Assembly: GCA_048885525.1 (NCBI GenBank)
Contig: JBHLLP010000038.1
Span: 1-33,331, forward strand
Source of the DNA: Candidatus Hermodarchaeota archaeon
GTDB lineage: Archaea; Asgardarchaeota; Lokiarchaeia; Sigyniarchaeales; SOKP01
Length of the DNA: 33,331 nt
Reading direction: 5' to 3'
Both the position numbers and the translations under genes were made by a program. The number at the start of each line of letters is the position of its first letter. The stretch's first letter is position 1. Of the stretch, positions 25,792 through 33,331 are shown piece after piece. The notes under the pieces are model-generated. The model ran no database searches and was not told the origin of the DNA. It saw only the letters and a program-made list of their open reading frames with translations.

Positions 25792-27549
25792 GTGATATTA
25801 ATTTCTGCTCAAGAAGGAAATAGGAACAATCCTTACACCTTTGATGATTTTTTATTTGTAAGAGATCATTTTAATTATTATAAAGATGATGAGTTTCTAC
25901 AAGTTCTAGTTAAAAGCTACAGCCCTCAAGATGAGTATGAAAAAATACATAGAGACCTTCGAGCTCTTTCTGATTATGTTTCCTTTAGGTTTCGAAATCT
26001 TGCTGATAAATCTAATGAGCTTGAAAATAGGATAAAAGTTACTAAAGTTAAACATTATGATGCTCATAATCATCGGATAGATCGCATAGAACGATGTTTA
26101 GAGACTGAAATCTTAGAACGTGAAGTATTTAGTCTTGGACTTTTCGATCCGACAAGAAATAGTCCATGGAGTAGATTCATTAAAATGTTTTTGTTATATG
26201 AGAATGGGGAAGCCGGTGTTATGTGTCCCGTGGCATGTACCCATGGAGCTGTAGAACTTATGCAAAAATATGAGGAAACATTGAGCCATGAAGCAAAAAA
26301 TATCCTTGCTTCTATTAGAGAAGGCATAAATGGTCAATATAAATTAGGTTCTCAATTTGTTAGTGAAATTCAAGGCGGGAGCGATGTACCAGCAAATTTA
26401 GTTGAAGCAGTTTATGAAAAAGAAGAAGGCTTTGATGGCTATTCGAACGTATGGCGTCTTTATGGTCAAAAATTTTTCTGTTCAGCAATACAGTCAGATT
26501 ATCAAATAGTAACTGCAAAACCTAAAGGAACTCAATCATCCACCAGAGTGGCTGCATATGTCGTTCCAGCTTGGCTCCCAGGGAATAAAGAAAAAGAAAT
26601 AAGAAATTCTTATACCATTGACAGACTTAAGCAAAAGTTAGGAACTGCTGAACTACCAACAGCAGAAATTACTTATAATGGTACTGTAGCATATCCCATA
26701 GGCCCTCTTGAAATGGGTCTTGCTGATATAGTTGGGATTGTTCTTTCTTTATCGAGACTCCATGTTGCTTTCGGAATGGCTTCAGGAGCTCTGCGAGTTG
26801 CTAGAGAAGCAATATTATATTCACAATTTAGAACTGCCTTTGGTTTACCAATATCTTCATTTCCTATGATGATAAATCAGATAAACGAATTAGATCATTT
26901 TGCAAAAAGATCAGCAGCGGGGTGTTTTAAAGTATATGCGGAATACATTGATTTTCAAGAAAAACTTATCAGTGGAATAAGAGAATTAGAAAAAATTGAC
27001 GATCTCGAAGAACGTAAACGTCGATTTAGATTACGTGAATTAATAATGCTTCAAAAAATCGTTGTAGCTGATGAAACACCGAAAATGATAAGAAGAGCAA
27101 TCTCATTTTATGGAGGACATGGTATCATGGAAGACTTTCTCTCATTTCCACGTTTTCATAGAGACTCAATGATTATGGAATTATGGGAAGGCCCTAGAAA
27201 CGTACTCCTTACACAAATTCACCGGGATTTTTCTAGAGTTAAAAATTGGTATCCAGCCGATGAATTTTGTAGAGACTTACTAGAAGGAGTAAACTTAGAT
27301 ATTATTGAGGAATATGCATCAGAATTTAATAGAATAATGTCACATGACAGCCTTCTCAAAAATGACGAGGAAACTCTAGCAATCTGTCGAGATTGGGAAG
27401 AGTTTTCTAATAAACTCTTCATTGCCTACCAAGAACAAGCATTAGCGGAACTTAATTATAACGGAAAACCATTAAAATTCTCAAAATTACTACGGGAGTT
27501 TAAAAAAAGAGATTCACCAAAAGTCCAAGAACAATTAGCAATTCAATAA
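25792..27549 (+). CDS. Acyl-CoA dehydrogenase family protein (AidB-like)
   Basis: MCPVACT, SEIQGGSDV, LYGQKFFCS, RLKQKLGT, RTAFG, YGGHGIME, ELWEG. Confidence 0.9.
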   Translation: MILISAQEGNRNNPYTFDDFLFVRDHFNYYKDDEFLQVLVKSYSPQDEYEKIHRDLRALSDYVSFRFRNLADKSNELENRIKVTKVKHYDAHNHRIDRIERCLETEILEREVFSLGLFDPTRNSPWSRFIKMFLLYENGEAGVMCPVACTHGAVELMQKYEETLSHEAKNILASIREGINGQYKLGSQFVSEIQGGSDVPANLVEAVYEKEEGFDGYSNVWRLYGQKFFCSAIQSDYQIVTAKPKGTQSSTRVAAYVVPAWLPGNKEKEIRNSYTIDRLKQKLGTAELPTAEITYNGTVAYPIGPLEMGLADIVGIVLSLSRLHVAFGMASGALRVAREAILYSQFRTAFGLPISSFPMMINQINELDHFAKRSAAGCFKVYAEYIDFQEKLISGIRELEKIDDLEERKRRFRLRELIMLQKIVVADETPKMIRRAISFYGGHGIMEDFLSFPRFHRDSMIMELWEGPRNVLLTQIHRDFSRVKNWYPADEFCRDLLEGVNLDIIEEYASEFNRIMSHDSLLKNDEETLAICRDWEEFSNKLFIAYQEQALAELNYNGKPLKFSKLLREFKKRDSPKVQEQLAIQ

Positions 27550-27602
27550 AAAACAAAAGTCTACCAAAAATTGATTTAATTTATTTAATCTTATTTAATT
27601 AA

Positions 27603-28502
27603 CTAATAAATTTGGTCAAATTCTTTGACTACTTCATCAAGATAATATTTTAAATGTTTAAAAGGTCTTAAATCTCCTAAAAATTCATTTTGAAAAGCTG
27701 AATCTAAAGCCATTTTTGACTTAAGTTGTTTAAAAACCGACTTTATCTTATAGAAATTGCCAGTAGCTATGAAATCTATTGAATAGCCATTTATGTTACC
27801 AAATAATATTATTTTTTTACCATTATGATTATCGTGAATACTATTATCATCTAAATGTATTTCTTTTATTTTTGTTTTAGCACGGATTAAGGTATTCATA
27901 GATATCGTGGCTAATTTTGCTGAAAGATCAGAACTGAATAATTCTACGTTTTCTAGAGTTTTTTCTCTTTCTAAATTGCTCAAAAGGCTGTTGTCATATA
28001 ATTGAGAAATTATTGGTAATCCTTGAGCAGAAATACCAGCATATAATATAGCATTTCTTACATTACTTTTACCCTTATCATAAATAATTTCTTCTTCTAA
28101 TGGATCTAAATATTTGTCTTTTAAATATTCTATTATTAGGTTGATAACTTGTTTAAATGTAGGTTCCACTGATGCAAATTTTAGGCGGGCAATGTCCTTG
28201 TATTGAGTATTTACTTGATTTCGGAATTCTTTTAACATATTTGAAGATTCTTGTGATCCTACATTAAAATTGCCCACACAACAAAAGAATAAATTCTGAC
28301 CGGCATTTGTAACAACGTGTTCAACTATGATCCGTTCTCTTTTTTTCTTTTTTCTACTTTTTAAACAGATACTTTTTAAGCGCCATCTAAAAAACTTCAT
28401 GAGTTTTTCAACAAATAATACTATCTCAAAAGTTGTATTGAATTTTTCATCAGAACAATATATAACTTCATTCTCTAAGATAATACTGAAAGAAGAAATC
28501 AT
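27603..28502 (-). CDS. Putative tandem longin/roadblock-like domain protein
   Basis: Two halves, each starting with a beta hairpin (ISSFSII..NEVIY; ILYAGISAQGLPII) followed by a helix, three strands and a helix. Fold inferred by eye. Confidence 0.5.
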   Translation of the reverse strand: MISSFSIILENEVIYCSDEKFNTTFEIVLFVEKLMKFFRWRLKSICLKSRKKKKRERIIVEHVVTNAGQNLFFCCVGNFNVGSQESSNMLKEFRNQVNTQYKDIARLKFASVEPTFKQVINLIIEYLKDKYLDPLEEEIIYDKGKSNVRNAILYAGISAQGLPIISQLYDNSLLSNLEREKTLENVELFSSDLSAKLATISMNTLIRAKTKIKEIHLDDNSIHDNHNGKKIILFGNINGYSIDFIATGNFYKIKSVFKQLKSKMALDSAFQNEFLGDLRPFKHLKYYLDEVVKEFDQIY

Positions 28503-28689
28503 GAAGAAAAACTTGATAATTTAATTTTAAAAGTTCGAAGTTATTAATTATTGAATATATTAATTTTTTTTTGTTTCATAATAAAAAAAAGAAATCATTC
28601 CTTGAAGTTTAGAATGATTTAATCTATAAGTATAAATTTTATTAGAATTAAATTCATTAACATCTTAAAAATTATCATTCAAATTAAAA

Positions 28690-29490
28690 ATGGATTCATT
28701 AGGATCAGTGGAAAGAGAAAGTATTAATAAAGCTGCTGTATTACTACTAAATTCTAAAAATGCAGTAGTATTAACTGGTGCGGGAATTTCAACAGAATCG
28801 GGAATTCCCGATTTCAGAGGAGAGAGTGGAATTTGGGAGAAATATAAACCAGAAATCTATGGAGATATTCAGTCATTCTTAAAAGATCCATCAAAATTCT
28901 GGGAAATGGCTGAAGATATAGCACCTACCCTATTTAATGCAGAACCAAATCCTGGTCATTATGCAATTGCTAGACTTGAGAAATTGAATATTATTAAAGC
29001 GATAATTACGCAAAATGTTGATGAGTTACACCAAAAAGCAGGTTCTATTATTGTATATGAAGTTCATGGTAATATAAACAGATTCACTTGTTTAGGATGT
29101 CGTGCGAGTTATAATAAAGAACAACTATTACGTAAAATCAAAAAGGAAAAAGTTCCTGCCTGTAATTATTGTGCAGCGCCTTTAAAACCCTCAGTAGTTT
29201 TATTTGGAGAGAATCTTCCTAATTTTGAAAAATATATGTCAATAGATTTAGCAAAGAAAACCGATATTATGTTGATAGCGGGTTCTTCTCTTACAGTTTC
29301 TCCTATTTGTGATTTACCTCTCTATACTTTAAGGGAGGGAGGAAAGTTAATAATTGTTAACGAAGAACCAACATATTTAGATGAACGTGCTGAAATTGTA
29401 ATTAATAATAAAACTGGAACTGTTTTACCATTAATCGTTGAAAGAGTTGAAAAAATTATAGAAAAACAAGAATATAATTCTCAAAATTAA
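28690..29490 (+). CDS. cobB: NAD-dependent protein deacylase (sirtuin, Sir2/CobB)
   Basis: GAGISTESGIPDFRG, TQNVD, EVHG, CLGC/CNYC zinc site, VVLFGE, GSSL. Confidence 0.95.
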   Translation: MDSLGSVERESINKAAVLLLNSKNAVVLTGAGISTESGIPDFRGESGIWEKYKPEIYGDIQSFLKDPSKFWEMAEDIAPTLFNAEPNPGHYAIARLEKLNIIKAIITQNVDELHQKAGSIIVYEVHGNINRFTCLGCRASYNKEQLLRKIKKEKVPACNYCAAPLKPSVVLFGENLPNFEKYMSIDLAKKTDIMLIAGSSLTVSPICDLPLYTLREGGKLIIVNEEPTYLDERAEIVINNKTGTVLPLIVERVEKIIEKQEYNSQN

Positions 29491-29527
29491 TCAATTATTA
29501 AATATTTAATATTTAAAGTTTTTTTAA

Positions 29528-31117
29528 ATGAGTACAGAGAATGTTATAGTTAAAGATTGGCGCAAAATCGATTTTTCTTTTGGTTTAGTTTATCCAAATA
29601 AATTTTCGCTTGGTATGTCCTCATATTCTATTAGACTTCTCTATTTCTTAATAAATGCTTTTGATAATATTGCTTGTGAACGAATTTTTCTTCCTGATAA
29701 TTTAAATATAAAATTTCCCGCTTCAAAAGATTTTTCTTCAAAAAATAATTTAAGGTCCCTTGAAAATAAGGTTTTACCAGATGAGTTTGATATTCTAGGA
29801 TTTTCATTACATTTTGAAAATGATTATAAAAATGTATTATGGATAATAGAAAAAGTAGGAATTCCATTAACTTTTCAAGAACGTCAAGAAAGGAATAGTA
29901 AAAATAGCACTCAGTTTCCTCTATTAATAGCAGGGGGGCCAGCAGTTACCTCAAATCCGATTCCATTGAGTAAATTCTTTGATATTTTATTTATCGGTGA
30001 TTCCGAACAAAATTTATCAAACTTTCTTGATTTATATCAGGACTACAATGTAAAGAAAATAAGCTTTAAAGAATTTTTAGAAAAGGCAGAAAATGTGGAA
30101 GGACTTTATATTCCTGCTCTTAGGAACAATGTAAGGAGAGTTACACTTAATCTACTTGATGATTCTCCAACTCCCATTTTTCAATTAATTTCTAAGTCTC
30201 ATAAGAACAAAACCATTTTTGAAAATAATTTTTTTATAGAAATAAACCGAGGATGTCCATTTCGATGTAAATTTTGTATATCCTCTTTTCATAATTATCC
30301 ATTTCGGAATAGAAGTTATGATAATATTATCAAATCTATTCAACAAAGTATAAAATATTCTAAATTTGAAACAATCAGCTTAATAGGATCATGTGTATCA
30401 TCCCATCCTAGATTTAAGCAAATTTGTGAATATATAATAGAAAATGGAAAAAGATTGACTGTTCCTTCAATTCGAGTTGAGTATTTAACTCAAGATATAA
30501 TTGAGCTGTTTGAAAAAGCTGAAATTAAGACTATCACAATTGCACCTGAAGCAGGTTCAGATAGATTAAGATATAATCTTGATAAAAAAATCACAAATGA
30601 AAAAATAATATCAATTTTAGTTCAAATAAAAGATTCTAAAATCAGAAATGTAAAATTTTATTTTTTGATTGGATTACCTGGTGAAAAAGATGAAGATATT
30701 GATGCTATTATTAACTTTTTAAAATCAATAGATCAATTAGGTTTTACAAAGAATTCCTTAAGAGTAAACATTAACCCCTTTATTCCAAAACTTAATACTC
30801 CATATGAAAAAGAAATATTCTTCTATTTAGACGAGAATTTACATGAATTTACACGGAAATATCAGAAATTGGAGCAGGAACTTAAGAATATAACTTCAAT
30901 AAAATTGAAGTTTAAAAATTTCAAATCAATTATTAAAAATGCTAGACTTCAAACAATAACCTCTTTAGGAAATCAACAGGTTTCAGATTTACTTTTAGAA
31001 TATTATAAAAATGGGGCTACCTTTACTGCTCTACAGAAAGCAGAAAGAGAATTAAATTTCTCTCTAAATGATTACCTAATAAGAATTAAAGAATGTTATA
31101 GCCCTTGGATTATCTAA
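29528..31117 (+). CDS. Radical SAM protein with N-terminal B12-binding-like domain
   Basis: RGCPFRCKFC (CxxxCxxC), VYPN..SLGMSS, IAGGP, TIAPEAGS, YFLIGLPGE, FIPK. Confidence 0.9.
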   Translation: MSTENVIVKDWRKIDFSFGLVYPNKFSLGMSSYSIRLLYFLINAFDNIACERIFLPDNLNIKFPASKDFSSKNNLRSLENKVLPDEFDILGFSLHFENDYKNVLWIIEKVGIPLTFQERQERNSKNSTQFPLLIAGGPAVTSNPIPLSKFFDILFIGDSEQNLSNFLDLYQDYNVKKISFKEFLEKAENVEGLYIPALRNNVRRVTLNLLDDSPTPIFQLISKSHKNKTIFENNFFIEINRGCPFRCKFCISSFHNYPFRNRSYDNIIKSIQQSIKYSKFETISLIGSCVSSHPRFKQICEYIIENGKRLTVPSIRVEYLTQDIIELFEKAEIKTITIAPEAGSDRLRYNLDKKITNEKIISILVQIKDSKIRNVKFYFLIGLPGEKDEDIDAIINFLKSIDQLGFTKNSLRVNINPFIPKLNTPYEKEIFFYLDENLHEFTRKYQKLEQELKNITSIKLKFKNFKSIIKNARLQTITSLGNQQVSDLLLEYYKNGATFTALQKAERELNFSLNDYLIRIKECYSPWII

Positions 31118-31140
31118 ACTAATAAAAATTAAAAAAAAAA
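31118..31140 (-). terminator. Oligo-T tract directly after the rubrerythrin stop (archaeal-type terminator)
   Basis: Ten A on the + strand at 31131-31140 (T10 on the - strand) between convergent genes. Confidence 0.4.
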
Positions 31141-31644
31141 TTATGTAATTGGTTTAAAGACTTTTTTTGCTGCTCCACAAACAGGACACTTATCTGGTGG
31201 ATCTCCTTCATGAGTATACCCACAGACAGGACATATGTAAACGTCATTCTTTTCTAAATCTTTACCACTCTCAATTGCTTCAAGAGCAGCAGAATATAAT
31301 TTGTGGTGAACTTTTTCTACTTCATTAGCATAATTGAATGTCCTTTCTGCTTCTTTGTTCCCTTCTTTTTTAGCGGCTTCAATAAACTCAGGATACATTT
31401 TTGAAAATTCATGATGTTCGCCTTCCATAGCAGCTTTTATATTTTCTTTTGTTGATTTAATTCCACCAAGAACTCTAAGATGATTATGAGCATGAACTGT
31501 TTCTGCGGCAGCTGCAGCTCTAAATATTTTTGCGATTTGAGGAAATCCCTCTTGATCTGCCTTTTGACCAAAAGCTAAATATTTACGGTTAGCTTGTGAT
31601 TCACCAGCAAATGCTTCTTTTAGACCTTTTTCTGTTTTTGACAT
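31141..31644 (-). CDS. rbr: Rubrerythrin
   Basis: GESQA, ETVH, GEHHE, EKVH di-iron motifs; C-terminal CPVCG...CPVCG rubredoxin site. Confidence 0.96.
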   Translation of the reverse strand: MSKTEKGLKEAFAGESQANRKYLAFGQKADQEGFPQIAKIFRAAAAAETVHAHNHLRVLGGIKSTKENIKAAMEGEHHEFSKMYPEFIEAAKKEGNKEAERTFNYANEVEKVHHKLYSAALEAIESGKDLEKNDVYICPVCGYTHEGDPPDKCPVCGAAKKVFKPIT

Positions 31645-31804
31645 GTTATATTCACATTCAATTTTAATTTATGATTATTATAGGAAATTTTTTAATTTAG
31701 TTTTTATAAATCATAAATTTGAATCTTATTCTAAGATTTCTAGATTGTGATTAAGATTTTAACATTTAAATAATTAGACACCGAATTTTTAAATTACAAA
31801 TCCT

Positions 31805-32605
31805 TCAATCTGAAAGAATTTTTTTAACAGAATTTACAATACGAGTTAAATAATGTTCAGCCATTCCAAATTTAACATGTGAATCAAAGACTAATATTAT
31901 AAAATATTTATTCTGAACATATTCTGAAAATATAAAGCTATTATCTTTTAAGGAATAGAAAAGCTTTAAAATGGAATTGTTATGAATTTTAACACGAAAT
32001 TCAACTTCTTTTAAAAAATTTTTTAAATTTATTTTGTTATAGGAAGAATATATTACTTTTCCTCTGTCAGTTAAAACAATAGTCCCATCTATATCATCAA
32101 ATCCTGTTACTTTTTTCATATATTTTATAATTTGTTCTTCAATTTTCAAATTAAATTCATTGCTAAATGCATCATCAATGATCTCCTCAATTACTTCAAT
32201 TAATTTACTGTCAAATACTATTTGTTTATCAATATCTATCTTATTTTTAATTAGATAGGTAAAAAGCTGTTTATTAATTTTTGATATTTTTTCTCCCAAG
32301 AAGTTTTCATTTTCTATTGCATCACACAAAATATTATAATTTAACGAGCCTTTTTCAAAAATTACAAATTTTACATCACCCATTTCTAATGTTTTGAATT
32401 TTTTTCCAATCATTTCTTTAGAAAAAGACATTAAAGCTGTGATAAAAGGAGAAACAAGATTTTTTTCTACTTTAAAATAATCTGTAAAATTTTTACCATA
32501 AAAACACACACCAGATCTATTAAATATGAATATATTGTGAATATTAATATTATCATAAGATCTCTTAATTATTGAGGAAAAGGGTAGTTGATCTTGAATT
32601 CCCAT
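31805..32605 (-). CDS. Longin domain plus roadblock/LC7 domain fusion protein
   Basis: The N-half IHNIFIFNRSGVCFY...LVSPFITALMSFSKEM...LEMGDVKFVI is longin-like. The C-half DIDGTIVLTDRGKVIYSS...FIILVFDSHVKFGMAEHYL is roadblock-like. Confidence 0.72.
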   Translation of the reverse strand: MGIQDQLPFSSIIKRSYDNINIHNIFIFNRSGVCFYGKNFTDYFKVEKNLVSPFITALMSFSKEMIGKKFKTLEMGDVKFVIFEKGSLNYNILCDAIENENFLGEKISKINKQLFTYLIKNKIDIDKQIVFDSKLIEVIEEIIDDAFSNEFNLKIEEQIIKYMKKVTGFDDIDGTIVLTDRGKVIYSSYNKINLKNFLKEVEFRVKIHNNSILKLFYSLKDNSFIFSEYVQNKYFIILVFDSHVKFGMAEHYLTRIVNSVKKILSD

Positions 32606-32671
32606 GATTAACTATTAAAAAATAACTATAAAAAGCACTGACTTTTCAATTTTATATGAATTTCAAAAATT

Positions 32672-33331
32672 TTAATTATCTAAATTAGTAATCCAGGTTT
32701 GGACACCTTTAAAATTTAATTTTATTGGTAGGATTTGAAATCCTAACTTTTTCAGTTTTGTTTTTAGCTTGTCTTGTGCTCCTAATGCCGCTAAGATTGT
32801 AGCAGATCCACCTCCTCCAGCGCCATTTAATTTAAATCCAATAGCACCAAATTTTTTTGCGATCCTTTCTACTTTCTTAATAATTGGATTAACCATGAGA
32901 GGATGCAAATTCTTTTGAGCTTCCCAGTTCTTATTCATAACCCCTCCGATTAAGTCAAGATTCTCTGAATTAATGGCTTCTCTCATTTCATATGCACAAT
33001 TTTTAATTATTTCTAGAGATTTTAAAGTAGATTTATCACCTTGTTTGTAATTATCTATAACGGCCTTATGCATTAAGTTTGAACTCCTTGAACTTAAATA
33101 GACAAGAACCAATTGGTTTTCAAGCTCTGTTAGTCTTTCATTGCTAATTTCCAGTGGAGATATTTTTACAGAAGGATATTCAATCTCCATAAAATTAATT
33201 CCCCCATAAGCAGCTGCATATTGATCTTGAACTCCACTTTCTAACTTTAATTCATCAATCTCAAGCTTATGAGCTAATTTTGCAATTTCTCCTTGCTTTA
33301 ATTTTTTATGAGATAAGTTAGTTAATGCAGC
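32672..33331 (-). CDS. GHMP-family sugar kinase (HddA/fucokinase-like), 5'-truncated by window edge
   Basis: The frame stays open upstream of the listed ATG to the window end: ...ESGVQDQYAAAYGGINFMEI...; GFKLNGAGGGG motif. Confidence 0.88.
   Translation of the reverse strand, partial: AALTNLSHKKLKQGEIAKLAHKLEIDELKLESGVQDQYAAAYGGINFMEIEYPSVKISPLEISNERLTELENQLVLVYLSSRSSNLMHKAVIDNYKQGDKSTLKSLEIIKNCAYEMREAINSENLDLIGGVMNKNWEAQKNLHPLMVNPIIKKVERIAKKFGAIGFKLNGAGGGGSATILAALGAQDKLKTKLKKLGFQILPIKLNFKGVQTWITNLDN

Noticed and set aside
28690-29490. Sirtuin as an anti-phage SIR2 effector (Thoeris/DSR type)
   Set aside because: It has the canonical CobB deacylase motifs with a zinc site, normal length and a housekeeping neighbourhood.
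26070-29867. ORFs at 26070, 27219, 28327 and 29631
   Set aside because: They are antisense overlaps of stronger CDSs.
29528-31117. Radical SAM plus S8 protease plus ABC transporter as a RiPP/bacteriocin cluster
   Set aside because: The radical SAM gene is 6.6 kb from the cluster, beyond ribosomal genes. It lacks a SPASM/twitch Cys motif and no precursor peptide is visible.
1-33331. tRNA/rRNA genes, CRISPR arrays, IS elements, integrases
   Set aside because: No GC-rich structured intergenic stretch, regularly spaced repeats or transposase/integrase motifs were seen by eye. Intergenic gaps are short and AT-rich. Small ncRNAs cannot be excluded without a covariance-model search.

Overview
AT-rich, gene-dense prokaryotic window that reads as an Asgard (Lokiarchaeia-like) archaeal chromosome segment. 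This is inferred from archaeal uS15/eS1 genes, TATA-type promoters and longin/roadblock proteins. From left to right: at least four tandem glycerophosphodiester phosphodiesterase paralogs (the first runs off the left edge and is missing from the ORF track); a TFS/RpoM-like protein with only one zinc ribbon; an SCP2-like protein; a bacterial-type RNase III; and a 3-hydroxyacyl-CoA dehydrogenase. Next is a 16-kb co-oriented cluster: a MacB/LolD-type ABC ATPase with extra N- and C-terminal domains, two paralogous double-FtsX permeases, a 1306-aa membrane-anchored surface glycoprotein, and a 1609-aa membrane-anchored subtilase with a cytoplasmic double zinc ribbon. The remainder holds rdgB, rps15, rps3ae, an acyl-CoA dehydrogenase, a longin-like protein, a sirtuin, a radical SAM protein, rubrerythrin, a longin-roadblock fusion and a partial GHMP kinase. 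The best candidate for an undescribed system is the type VII ABC / surface protein / receptor-like protease cluster at 6893-22922. I saw no RNA genes, CRISPR arrays or mobile elements. All domain calls come from motif reading by eye, with no database searches.
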